Shown: piece after piece, positions 33,204-42,803 of the stretch
Layout of the letters: every line of letters begins with the position of its first letter
Numbering within the stretch: the first letter of the stretch is position 1
Assembly (NCBI GenBank): GCA_963792585.1
Contig: CAWBWI010000001.1
Coordinates: forward strand, 1,632,001 to 1,696,000
Reading direction: 5' to 3'
Source: Candidatus Eiseniibacteriota bacterium
GTDB taxonomy: Bacteria > Eisenbacteria > RBG-16-71-46 > CAIMUX01 > VGJL01
Length of the DNA: 64,000 nucleotides
The notes under the pieces: model-generated
Told to the model about the DNA's origin: nothing
Databases searched by the model: none
Seen by the model: the letters and a program-made list of their open reading frames with translations, nothing else
Translations under genes and position numbers: made by a program

Positions 33204-34432
33204 GATCGCTCACGGCAACCCGATGGATGCGCCCCTTCCTGGGGACGCTGCTCTTGACCGCGCTCGGATCACCCCCCGCGCTCGCGGACGAGAGCCCCGA
33301 GCCGCCGCCGATTCCCAGAACCAAGCCTCTCACCTACTACGCGACGCTCGTCAGCACGATGCTCCCGTCGATTCCCTCGGGCATCCTGAGTGTGGCGAAC
33401 GGGCCGGACTGGATGGCCGGGAAGACGGTGCACCAGGTGGCGGCGGCCATGATGGACAGCGATCCCGGCACGATCGTCACCCATGGATCGGTGGTGCTGG
33501 CCTACGATCCCCCCGATGGTCCCCGTCGGATCCGCATGGAATTCACCGAGGGATACATCCGCCACACGAACCGGCTTCGCTCCTTCGGCGTGACATCCCC
33601 CTGCGCCGCGGTCTCGGCTTCGGAGGCGGAGAGTGCGCTCCTGTCCACCGTGAGCGCGCTCGGCCTCCCGACGAACGAGTGGAGCGCCCGGCGCGTCGAC
33701 ACCGTCGTCGACCGCTCCGTGAACGGCGAGGGTCAGGATCCCCCGACCGAAGCCGTTTGCGAGATCGAGCGGATGGTCACGATGGGCCGCAAGGCGTCGA
33801 ACGGCCTGCCGATCTTCGATTCCAAGGTGCGCGAGACGGTCTCGAACATCCACGAGCGCGCACGTCTGCTGATCGACTGGCCGAAGTTCGAGCTCGCGAC
33901 CGGGCTGATCCTGCGTACCCGAACCGAGGTCATCGACGATCTGGCGCGACGCATCTGGGACCTGCAGAAGAACTCGAGCGGGTTGGGAGCGGAGATCGAA
34001 CTGCAGATCGACCTCGGTTACATCCGCTCCGCAGAGGGGTACATCCCGGTTGCGAGGGCCGACTTCACCGACATCTATGATGTGTATGCGGGTCAGATCC
34101 TCTATGTAGCGCTCGCATTCAATCCGACCTCCGATGCTCCGGAGGATGCGGTGGCCTCGGGACTTCAGTTCCGCGCGCGGGTCGACCTTGCGGATCGCGT
34201 CGCGCTCCTGGAGTTCGCGTTGCCGAGCGCAGGAAACGCACGGCTGACGGTCCTGGACGTCGCGGGCCGGGAGGTCGCGTACGTGGCCGAGAGGACCTTC
34301 TCGATCGGATGGCAGCAGGTGTCGTGGAACCTGCGGGACGACGATGGGCGGCCGGTGCCCTCGGGCGTCTACTTCGCCCGGTTGGAGACGGGCCGCGAGG
34401 CACCGGTTCGAAAGCTGATCGTCATTCGATAA
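33200..34432 (+). CDS. Secreted protein with FlgD-Ig C-terminal domain
   Basis: ATGA-coupled; signal peptide; DVAGREV...W..RDDDGRPVPSGVYFARL. Confidence 0.85.
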   Translation: MRSLTATRWMRPFLGTLLLTALGSPPALADESPEPPPIPRTKPLTYYATLVSTMLPSIPSGILSVANGPDWMAGKTVHQVAAAMMDSDPGTIVTHGSVVLAYDPPDGPRRIRMEFTEGYIRHTNRLRSFGVTSPCAAVSASEAESALLSTVSALGLPTNEWSARRVDTVVDRSVNGEGQDPPTEAVCEIERMVTMGRKASNGLPIFDSKVRETVSNIHERARLLIDWPKFELATGLILRTRTEVIDDLARRIWDLQKNSSGLGAEIELQIDLGYIRSAEGYIPVARADFTDIYDVYAGQILYVALAFNPTSDAPEDAVASGLQFRARVDLADRVALLEFALPSAGNARLTVLDVAGREVAYVAERTFSIGWQQVSWNLRDDDGRPVPSGVYFARLETGREAPVRKLIVIR

Positions 34433-34481
34433 GTCGTCCGCAGTGCGGGTGGAGAGCCGCTAGTTGTCCGCAGTGCGGGTG
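34432..34481 (+). repeat. Two direct repeats, 30-bp period
   Basis: gtccgcagtgcgggtg at 34436 and 34466. Confidence 0.8.
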
Positions 34482-34665
34482 CGGAACCGGTAGGTGCAGG
34501 GCGCGCGCTCCCACGAACGGCGCCCTGTTGCCTGCGGTCCCCCAGCCGATCCCGCCGATTCAGCTGATCAAGCCGATTCCGGTAACTGCACGGCCCCGGG
34601 ATCACCGGAGGCTCCACTACTCGAAATGATGGGGTACCGATCCCCGCAGACAGCGGGATCCCGAA

Positions 34666-35580
34666 TCACCCCTCGAACGCCCGCTTCAGCGCCGCGACGT
34701 CGGGCTTCGTCATCTGCATCATCGCCGCGAAGGCGCGGTCGCGAGCTTTCACGTCCTTGGAGCTCAACCACTCCTCCGCGATCGCCTCCGGCACGACCTG
34801 CCAGGACACTCCGAAGCGGTCCTTGAGCCAGCCGCACACGCTGTGCTCGCCCCCGCCCCCGAGCGCGTCCCAGTAGCGATCGACCTCGTCCTGATCCGCA
34901 CACATGACCTGCAGCGAGAGCGCCTCGTTGAAGGTGATGTCATGCGCCAAATGACTGTCCATGGCGATCATCTCCTGGCCGTCGAGGACGAAGCGCGCAT
35001 GCTTCACCATCCCCTCCGGCCCCTCGCCGGCGGCGTAGTGCTCCGCGATGTCGATGCGTCCATTGGGGAAGATGTCCGTGTAGATGCGCATCGCCTCCCC
35101 GGCCCGTCCAGCCTGCGGCCCCGCAAACATGAGGCACGGCACGATGGTCGCTCCCCCTTGTGGACGGATCCCGGCGATCACCTGCCACGACACGCCGAAG
35201 CGATCCTTCACCCAGCCGTAGCGCGGACTCCAGGGGTACGCGTCGATGGGCATCAGCGCCTCCCCGCCTTCGGCGAGGATGCCGAAGAGTCGGTCGGCCT
35301 CCCCGGGAGAGTCGACATGGACGAAGAATGAGATGCTCGGGTTCAGAGCGAACATCGGCCCGCCATTGAGCAGAGTGAACCGCTGGCCGGCGATCTCGAA
35401 CTCGACGGTGAGCACACTCCCCGGCGGCTTGCCGGAGGGGTTGTCACCCGACTCGGGATAGTGGGATGTCGCGGTGACGCGGCCCTCGGGAAACGTCCGT
35501 ACGTAGAATGCGGCGGCCGCCTCGGCTTGATCGTCGAGCCAGATGCACGGGATGATCCTCGAAGGCGTAGACATGCTCAT
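34666..35580 (-). CDS. Tandem VOC/PhnB-like (3-demethylubiquinone-9 3-methyltransferase family) protein
   Basis: IIPCIWL..QAEAAA.FY, LNGGP, two GW.KDRFGVSWQ motifs. Confidence 0.92.
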   Translation of the reverse strand: MSMSTPSRIIPCIWLDDQAEAAAAFYVRTFPEGRVTATSHYPESGDNPSGKPPGSVLTVEFEIAGQRFTLLNGGPMFALNPSISFFVHVDSPGEADRLFGILAEGGEALMPIDAYPWSPRYGWVKDRFGVSWQVIAGIRPQGGATIVPCLMFAGPQAGRAGEAMRIYTDIFPNGRIDIAEHYAAGEGPEGMVKHARFVLDGQEMIAMDSHLAHDITFNEALSLQVMCADQDEVDRYWDALGGGGEHSVCGWLKDRFGVSWQVVPEAIAEEWLSSKDVKARDRAFAAMMQMTKPDVAALKRAFEG

Positions 35581-35649
35581 TCCTCCCTCGCCAATCCGGT
35601 GGGGACACGCAGCGGTTCCCCGTGTCGAGACGATACCGTCGACGCGTCC

Positions 35650-36264
35650 TTACCGGTACAACGACTTCACACGCCCCCACGTCGTCTGGTCCGTCGGGGT
35701 CGACTCGCCGCAGTAACCGGTCCCACGCAGGACGATGTCGTACCCGCCGCCGGCCCAGGATCCTCTCCACGAGGCGAGCGGTCCCGGGGCGCCCTGGCCG
35801 TCGGGCGGGATTTCGACGCTCCGCGGGGCGGTGCTCCAGATATCGAAGCCGCCGGGATCCTGCGCGAAGACATCGTGCAGGCTCACGGCGAGGTAGTAGG
35901 TCCCCGGGTTCAGCACGTAGAGCCCCGTGATCGTGCTCGGGCCGTTGATGTAGAAGCCCTCCTGCGAGGTGATCCCGATGCTGTTGGGATCGAAGAGCCA
36001 GAGCGGCGCGCCGTCGATGTCCGTGCTCTGCAGCTGCGCCAGGAAGAGGGTCTTGTCGGTGATGTTGATGCAGTACATGTCGACGGTGTCGAAGCTGTCG
36101 AGCGTGCCGGTGATGTTCTGAAGCGGGCCATTGCCGATGGTCTGCTGACTCGTCGAGACGAGGTCGCCGGCATCGCCCTGCTCTACCCATGTCTGGGCCG
36201 ATGCGGAAATCGCCGTAGCCATTGAGATGGCGGTCAGCAAACCGAGGAGACGTGAACCAACCAT
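35650..36264 (-). CDS. Secreted PPC/DVUA0089-like protein with TWGxxKxxYR tail
   Basis: GGAGG SD, signal peptide, EQGDAGDL, VDMY.I.I, LWLFD..., PGTYYLAVS, ends TTWGRVKSLYR. Confidence 0.78.
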   Translation of the reverse strand: MVGSRLLGLLTAISMATAISASAQTWVEQGDAGDLVSTSQQTIGNGPLQNITGTLDSFDTVDMYCINITDKTLFLAQLQSTDIDGAPLWLFDPNSIGITSQEGFYINGPSTITGLYVLNPGTYYLAVSLHDVFAQDPGGFDIWSTAPRSVEIPPDGQGAPGPLASWRGSWAGGGYDIVLRGTGYCGESTPTDQTTWGRVKSLYR

Positions 36265-36819
36265 GCGATCCTCCAGCGCGGCCGCTGCTTCCAATCGGGT
36301 CAAGGACGCGGGATACGGAACGGGAGAGTCTATCACATAGTGAGGCTGCATTCTGCGCGAACTCGGGGCCTGCCGGGGAAGACTTCGACCAGGCTGTTCA
36401 GGAGCGAATCACGCCCTCCTGGATCCGGCAAACGGCCGCAAGTCGATCGATCAGATGCTGCGTCTGCTCCAAGTACTGGTTTGCGAGGTCGATCTGATCG
36501 TGCGCGAGAAGCGGTCCTGACCCATCCACGTTCGCGAGCTCGCCCCTTTCAGGGAAGTCACCGAAGCTTCCGGTGACAAGACCGAATAACGTCATCAATC
36601 GCGCAGGACGATTTCTTTGCAGTTCAGGCATGTGCGGAGTGGGCGTCGAGTAAACTCCCGAGCGCAAGCAGGTCATCCCCCGGGCGCACCCCGCCTGATC
36701 TTTGCGCGAGACCTCGATCTCTCTTGACTCCCCCTCCCCAGGCGCACGAAACTCTTCCGTTGCCGCTTGAACCATCCTCCTAGGCTCATCCACCGAGGGG
36801 CATAACGGAAGGACGAACG

Positions 36820-39420
36820 ATGATCGCAAAGACGATCCAGGCGGCCGCGCTTTCGGTAGCAACTCTTGTCCTCATCCTCTTCGCGGTCGCTCCGCTCGCC
36901 GATGGCAAGCCCGACACGTCGGGCAAGTCCGTCGAGTCGAGCATCGCCACCAAGCTCGGTGACTCCGGCAGCCCCACCAAACCAGGCGAATCCGGCAGCC
37001 CCACCGAGCCCGGTGAACCCACCAAGTCCTCCACGCCCGCGGAACCGTGGGAAGAAGGCGAAGACGGCGGCCCCCAGCGCTCGATCGACTACTTCAACCA
37101 GTGGATCGGTGAGCCGCTCACTCCCGAACGGCTCCATCAGATGTGGGATGAGGTTCTCGCCACTCCGTCCGAGCCGCCCGCGGGGGCGCAGGACTTCGTC
37201 AACTCGTGGGAGCTCATCGGTCCGCTCTACAGCGTGAACCCGGGCAGCGGATACATGACGGGTCGCGTGCGCGACATCGAAGCATCGACGACTCGTGTGC
37301 TCGCGGCCAGCGGCGGTCTCTGGCGATTCCACTTCGGGCCGATTCCCATGACGGAATCGATCCCCGCGAGCTGGTTCGGCAGCTTCTCGTCGAAGCCGGG
37401 CGATTCGAACACGATCCTGGTCGGCACCGGGGAATACCTCATCGGGTCGGGCACGGGGCTGTACAAGACACTCGATGGCGGCGCGACCTGGATGCACGCC
37501 TACATGACCCCGGAGCCGGCCCAGTTCCACAAGGTCCGCTGGTCGCCGACGGGCGCGGTCGCCTATGCGGCGACCACGAGCGGCTTCTACCGTTCCACAG
37601 ATGGAGGCTTGGTCTGGAGCCGCACGCTCACGGCCAACGTCACCGACCTCTCCACCGACGACAGCGGCTACTACCCGAACCTGGTCTACGCCTGTGTCTA
37701 CAACGACGGCCTCCACCGTTCGAACGATGCGGGAGTGACCTGGAGCAAGATGACGGATGGAGGCATCCCGCTCACCGGGACGCAGGAAGGAGCGGTCAGC
37801 ACCCCGGCCCACTCCCCATTCGTCCCTGGCTGGATCTACGTCTCGTTCGTGAACGCGGGGGTCTGGCGCTCGACCGACGGCGGCGCGACGTGGGCGAACA
37901 TCACGCCCGCGTCGGATCCCCACCGTTTCTGGTACGCGAACGTGATCGTCGCAGATCGTTGGGAGAACAACTACGTCCTGCTCGGCGGCGTGGGCGCGAG
38001 GGTCTCGGCCGACGGGGGCGCCACCTGGACCGCGCTCGTCACCCCTAATCTCCACGCCGACTATCACGCCTTCTCCTGGAACTCCGACGGCGTCGGGGTC
38101 TGGGCGGGCAATGACGGCGGTTGGTTCCACTCCACCGATCACGGTTTCACCTGGGATTCTTCCGCCAACGTGATGCCGATCACTCAGTTCTACAACATCG
38201 ACTGCGAGAAGTCCGAGATCGGATACATGATCGGCGGGACGCAGGACAACGACCTCGTTTACACCCCCACGCAGGACCTCTTCTGGAGCGACAAGGGCGA
38301 GGGGGACGGTGCGGGGGTCTCCGTCGATCTCTACACGCTCGGCCGGATGTGGGGCATGCACGGTGTATTCGGCGGCAATCTGAGCTACCACCGCGAGCGG
38401 ACCACCAACGGCGGCGTCAGTTGGCAGGAGGTCGACAACGGGATCGACCCGAACACGAACGCCGGCGTGATCCGCGGGGACAATGGGTTCAACCCGTGGC
38501 TGATCACGAGCGCGGGTCCGCACGTCTACGACTCTGTCGACCTTGGCGACACCTGGACGAAGTCGAACACGACGCCCTTCCCCTCCAACATCGCGAACCT
38601 GACCTCCTCCACGCGCGTCAATCCCAACGCGGTCGCCTATGCCTGCATGGCGGGCGTCGTCGGCGGGCAGTCTCTCTTCGTCCGGGACGGAGGCGTTTGG
38701 GTCGACCGCTCGGCGGGGCTGCCCGTGGGGTACACGGTCCGCAAGGTCGTTCCGCATCCCTGGTCCGGCAATTACGCCGACGAGGCGTGGGCGTTGATGA
38801 ACGGAATCAGCAACCCCGGCCAGAAGATCTATCACACGACAAACCGCGGGGTCACATGGACGAACGCCACCGGCGATCTACCCAACGTCCCAGTCGGCGA
38901 CCTCGTCGTTAATCCCCGATCGACGAACCAGCTCGTTCTCGGGTCGATGCTCGGCTGCTACCGCTCGATCGACGGCGGCGCCCACTGGGAGCGGTGGAAC
39001 AACGGGCTGCCCCCGTCGGTCATGGTCACCGAGATGTCCTACATCGACCTCACGCCTTCCGACGGTCCGTTCTACGTGGTGGCGGCGACGCACGGCCGCT
39101 CGGCGTGGAGGCGCATCATCCTGGGGACCGATCCGGCGGCCGTGGAGAATGCCGGGGCCCCGCTTCCTCTCGACCTATCCATTGCGAATCCCGTCGTCGA
39201 GCGCGCGACGTTGCAGTTCTTTCTCCCTCAGGCGGGACCGGCGCGGATCGAAGTCTACGATGTGCGCGGCGAGCGGGTCGCTACCGTCCTCGACGCGACC
39301 GTCTCGCAAGGTCGCCACGAGATCGAGCTCGACGGGCGCACGCTTGCCCCGGGTGTGTTCTTCTGTCGCCTCGATAGCGGCGACCGCACGGTTGTGAGGA
39401 AGATCACCGTGGTGCGGTGA
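36820..39420 (+). CDS. Secreted BNR/Asp-box (sortilin/YCF48-like) beta-propeller protein with T9SS/FlgD-like tail
   Basis: Repeated S.DGG.TW boxes, HADYH, GNDGG, GGTQDN, ATHGRSAW; 27-bp N-terminal repeats (GDSGSPT/GESGSPT). Confidence 0.88.
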   Translation: MIAKTIQAAALSVATLVLILFAVAPLADGKPDTSGKSVESSIATKLGDSGSPTKPGESGSPTEPGEPTKSSTPAEPWEEGEDGGPQRSIDYFNQWIGEPLTPERLHQMWDEVLATPSEPPAGAQDFVNSWELIGPLYSVNPGSGYMTGRVRDIEASTTRVLAASGGLWRFHFGPIPMTESIPASWFGSFSSKPGDSNTILVGTGEYLIGSGTGLYKTLDGGATWMHAYMTPEPAQFHKVRWSPTGAVAYAATTSGFYRSTDGGLVWSRTLTANVTDLSTDDSGYYPNLVYACVYNDGLHRSNDAGVTWSKMTDGGIPLTGTQEGAVSTPAHSPFVPGWIYVSFVNAGVWRSTDGGATWANITPASDPHRFWYANVIVADRWENNYVLLGGVGARVSADGGATWTALVTPNLHADYHAFSWNSDGVGVWAGNDGGWFHSTDHGFTWDSSANVMPITQFYNIDCEKSEIGYMIGGTQDNDLVYTPTQDLFWSDKGEGDGAGVSVDLYTLGRMWGMHGVFGGNLSYHRERTTNGGVSWQEVDNGIDPNTNAGVIRGDNGFNPWLITSAGPHVYDSVDLGDTWTKSNTTPFPSNIANLTSSTRVNPNAVAYACMAGVVGGQSLFVRDGGVWVDRSAGLPVGYTVRKVVPHPWSGNYADEAWALMNGISNPGQKIYHTTNRGVTWTNATGDLPNVPVGDLVVNPRSTNQLVLGSMLGCYRSIDGGAHWERWNNGLPPSVMVTEMSYIDLTPSDGPFYVVAATHGRSAWRRIILGTDPAAVENAGAPLPLDLSIANPVVERATLQFFLPQAGPARIEVYDVRGERVATVLDATVSQGRHEIELDGRTLAPGVFFCRLDSGDRTVVRKITVVR

Positions 39421-39666
39421 TTGGAGCAGTGAGTGCGGCATAAGCCGGTGATCGGAGCCGGGAGGACAGGGACGTCTTCTCGGCTCCGGCGTTTGCGGCA
39501 CGCACGCATGCGCGGGCCGACCGCCCACTCACAGTCGGAAGATAAGAAGTCGCTCTCGGCCGACCCACAACCCCGCGAATCCCGTGACTCAGCGGGAACA
39601 TCGGCGTATGATTGCCGTTGTCAAAATCCCATGGAGAATTCTCGGGGTTCCACCGAGGAGGGCTCG

Positions 39667-41889
39667 ATGCGCCGCGCACTTCTGTTTGTCTTCCTTCTGT
39701 CTGCACCCGGCTTGTTCGCGTCCTCGGCCCACGCCTTCACGGGCCATCCGACGGGTCCGTCCACCGTGGCGATCAACTCCGTCCTGGCATCGCCGTGGAC
39801 GGACGGCGAGTGGTACGCGGGTTCGGCCAACACCGTTTATCGCTATAGCCCGGCGACCGACGCTTGGACTTCCTCCGGCGACGGGCTTCCGTTCGGGCAG
39901 GTCACGAGCCTCGTCGGTGGTCCAAACATGTTCGGGCTGCTCTACTGCGCCGTCCCTGCGCAGGGCGCCTGCCGGTCGACGGACTACGGCGGGTCCTGGA
40001 TCGGGATCAATAACGGACTCGACAACCTGAACGTCTCCGCGCTCGCACTCGATCCATCGCACCCGCACAACGTCTTCGCCGCCACGGGCGCGGGGGTCTA
40101 CAAGAGCACGAACAGCGGCGACACGTGGATCGCGGGCGGACTTGCGGGCAAGCCGGTCCTCGACATCGCCTTCGGTTCGAGCGGCACCACGTATGCGTGG
40201 GCCTCGGTCTCCGGCGAGGGGATCTACCGGACTTCTGACCACGGAGCGACCTGGAACATCGCTTCCAACGGGATGACGGGAGAGAAGATCTTCCACGACG
40301 TAAAGGTCCAGTTGTACGGACACATCTACGCGGTGGGCCGGGGGTGCTTCCGCTCGACGAACGGAGGCGACTCGTGGACCGCCTTCGGCGCGGAGTACGG
40401 GTCTCCCTACACCGAGGTCTGGGAGATCGCCGGGCGACCGAACGACCCGCACCAGGTCGCCGTCGCGACTCTAGGAAGCGGCGTCTGGCGGTCGACGGAT
40501 GGCGGCGTCACCTGGGCGCCGATCCCGCCCCCCTGCACCGGTCACGAGTACCTGGCGATCGCCTCGCGCTTCTTCGACACCGGCGAGGTTCTCGTGGGCG
40601 GATACGGCGGCGAGATCTTCCGCTCTGACGCCTTCGGCGACGCCTGGCACTGGTGCAACCGTGGGATCTCCACGGCGATCGTCTTCTCGATGGCCGCGCA
40701 CGGGGAACGCTGGCTGGCGGGAACCGAGCGCGGGATCTACGTCAGCGAGAACTCCGGCTTCGACTGGGAGACTTCGGACCTGGTGTTTGACGTCGGCGCG
40801 GAGGCCTTCACCGTCGTCTTCGCGCCGGGAGACGGGATGACGGCCTGGTGCGGGACGGCTTCCCTCGACGCGGGCGAGATCTACAAGAGCGTCGACGGCG
40901 GCCATCACTGGACACCCGTTCGCGCGACCGCGGGGAGCATGAAGGCTCTGGCTGTGGATCCAGTCGATCCGTCACGAGTTTACGCGGGGTACACCTGCAA
41001 CCTGGTCCGCACGACCGACGGCGGGTCGAGCTGGATCGTCCAGAGCTTGGACGGGGTCTGCGTCAACGCGCTGCAGGTGATCGAGGCGACGCCGTCGATC
41101 ATCCTGGCCGGCACGAACAACGGGATCTGGCGCAGCACGAACTACGGAGATACGTGGGAGCAGGTCGGCCTCACCGGCACGCTAGTTCTCGACATCTCCG
41201 CGGATGCGAGCGTGGCGAGCCGCTTCTTTGCCGCGACCATCGGTTCCCGCGTCCATGTAACGAACGACTTCGGCGTCACCTGGTCCCCCTTCGGCGGGAA
41301 CGACCTGCCCGTCAATGTCTACTCGGTCGACGGCATGACGCCGGCGGCGGGCGTGCTCGCGGGAACGGAGGCCAACGGGATCTGGCGGTACACGGGATCG
41401 GACTGGGCACAGCTTCCCACTGAGGAGCAACCGAACGCGAGTGGAATCCTCTGCTTCGTGGGCGGGATCGATGGTGGGCGGTTCCTGGCGGGCACCTACG
41501 GCGCGGGGGTGTGGGACTACATCGTGAATCCGTCCTTGGTCGAGGATCTGGGCGGCAAACGTTTGCCGCTGAAGCTCGCGGTGACCGGTTCGCCTGGGAG
41601 CGGGCCGTTCCGGATGGAGTTGGCGGGCGGCACAGTGGCGTCGGGGCGCGCGGCAACGCGCAGCGAGACGGCTGGGGCCACAGCGGGGCGCGTCGAGATC
41701 CTCGATGCACTCGGACGCACCGTGCGCGTGATCGACACGGCGGGGCCGGGTGCGCCCGGCGCCGCTTCCTCGACCTGGGATGGACGCGATACTCACGGCG
41801 ACGATGTTCCCGCCGGGATCTACTTCGTGCGGGCGCGCGTCGTGGCCGGCGGTGCCGTCGCCGGAGCGAAGATCACGGTGGTGCGGTAG
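39667..41889 (+). CDS. Secreted BNR beta-propeller protein with FlgD-Ig tail
   Basis: GAGGAGG SD, signal peptide, many S.D/N.G.TW boxes, WDGRD..G...PAGIYF. Confidence 0.88.
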   Translation: MRRALLFVFLLSAPGLFASSAHAFTGHPTGPSTVAINSVLASPWTDGEWYAGSANTVYRYSPATDAWTSSGDGLPFGQVTSLVGGPNMFGLLYCAVPAQGACRSTDYGGSWIGINNGLDNLNVSALALDPSHPHNVFAATGAGVYKSTNSGDTWIAGGLAGKPVLDIAFGSSGTTYAWASVSGEGIYRTSDHGATWNIASNGMTGEKIFHDVKVQLYGHIYAVGRGCFRSTNGGDSWTAFGAEYGSPYTEVWEIAGRPNDPHQVAVATLGSGVWRSTDGGVTWAPIPPPCTGHEYLAIASRFFDTGEVLVGGYGGEIFRSDAFGDAWHWCNRGISTAIVFSMAAHGERWLAGTERGIYVSENSGFDWETSDLVFDVGAEAFTVVFAPGDGMTAWCGTASLDAGEIYKSVDGGHHWTPVRATAGSMKALAVDPVDPSRVYAGYTCNLVRTTDGGSSWIVQSLDGVCVNALQVIEATPSIILAGTNNGIWRSTNYGDTWEQVGLTGTLVLDISADASVASRFFAATIGSRVHVTNDFGVTWSPFGGNDLPVNVYSVDGMTPAAGVLAGTEANGIWRYTGSDWAQLPTEEQPNASGILCFVGGIDGGRFLAGTYGAGVWDYIVNPSLVEDLGGKRLPLKLAVTGSPGSGPFRMELAGGTVASGRAATRSETAGATAGRVEILDALGRTVRVIDTAGPGAPGAASSTWDGRDTHGDDVPAGIYFVRARVVAGGAVAGAKITVVR

Positions 41890-41990
41890 ACGGACCCTTC
41901 CACTCGGGCCGAGAAACCGGGACGCACATTGACGCGGCTCGTCCCCCCGCGGGCCGGCCCGCGAACGGACCGACCCTGGGGGGGACCTGC

Positions 41991-42599
41991 TCACGATCGT
42001 TGGTGAGCGCCCGCGAGTTCGCTCGCGCGCCCCGCGCGCGTCGCGTCGGTGACCTCGACCAGGCGGCCCGTCTTCACGTCGTAGACGTAACCGTAGATCG
42101 GGATCTCCGGTGGGACGAGCGGGTGGCGGCGGATGCGATCGACATCCTCTACCACCGACTTCTCCTGGTTCTTGATGGTCAGCCAGTTGATGAAGCGTCC
42201 TTCGTCCGATCCGCCGCCGCCACCCGGGTCCTTCCAGGCGCCGCCCTCGAGGCCCGCGGTCCGGAGACTGCTCGCCAGGAGGCCGCGAATCGTCTCGTCG
42301 TCGAAGTAGAGCATTCCGCAGTCGGAGTGATGGATGACGAACCACTCGCGCGTGCCGAGCAGCTTGTACGAGATGACGAGCGATCGGATCGCGTCGTCGC
42401 TCGCGCGGCCGCCCGCGTTGCGGATCACGTGCGCGTCGCCTTCCGCCAGCCCGGCGTACTTGGCGGGATCGAGACGAGCGTCCATGCACGTGAGGATGGC
42501 GAATTGGCGCGCCGGCGGCAGCGCGAGCTGCCCCTTGGCGCCAAACGAACTCACATAGGCGGCATTCGCTGCCAGGACTTCATGGAGGATCTTGCTCAT
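41991..42599 (-). CDS. Beta-class carbonic anhydrase, clade D (COS hydrolase-like)
   Basis: [22 protein letters not shown] zinc ligands, GYVYDVKTG. Confidence 0.93.
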   Translation of the reverse strand: MSKILHEVLAANAAYVSSFGAKGQLALPPARQFAILTCMDARLDPAKYAGLAEGDAHVIRNAGGRASDDAIRSLVISYKLLGTREWFVIHHSDCGMLYFDDETIRGLLASSLRTAGLEGGAWKDPGGGGGSDEGRFINWLTIKNQEKSVVEDVDRIRRHPLVPPEIPIYGYVYDVKTGRLVEVTDATRAGRASELAGAHQRS

Positions 42600-42633
42600 G
42601 GTGTCAGTGCTCCCTGCTCCGATTCATTCGCTT

Positions 42634-42662
42634 AAAACAAAACGCCGGCCATGGGGCCGGCG
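42634..42662 (-). terminator. Intrinsic terminator inside the 5' leader of the beta-CA gene (attenuator)
   Basis: CGCCGGCC-CCAT-GGCCGGCG-TTTTGTTTT, ending 35 nt before the CA start. Confidence 0.88.
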
Positions 42663-42692
42663 GGTTCTCGATGAGCCTCTGGACGCTTCGCC

Positions 42693-42797
42693 CTAGATGC
42701 TAGGCGTCCTCCCGCCGGCACACCCTCGGCGACAACAACAAGCGCCCAAGCTGTTGCCATACAACACGTTGTGGGTCCGATGGGTGAGATTCAACAT
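42693..42797 (-). CDS. Poly-Cys leader peptide (34 aa)
   Basis: MLNLTHRTHNVLYGNSLGACCCRRGCAGGRTPSI*; four TGT codons; below the ORF-track cutoff. Confidence 0.78.
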   Translation of the reverse strand: MLNLTHRTHNVLYGNSLGACCCRRGCAGGRTPSI

Positions 42798-42803
42798 GTT
42801 ATT

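Noticed and set aside
34432..34590. Direct repeats (16 bp x2, then degenerate 9-mers) as a mini-CRISPR
   Set aside because: Only two units, 14-nt spacer, no cas genes
36398..36631. Possible 77-aa ORF MPELQRNRP... in a lower-GC gap
   Set aside because: No SD and no recognisable motif; cannot be supported without a homology search
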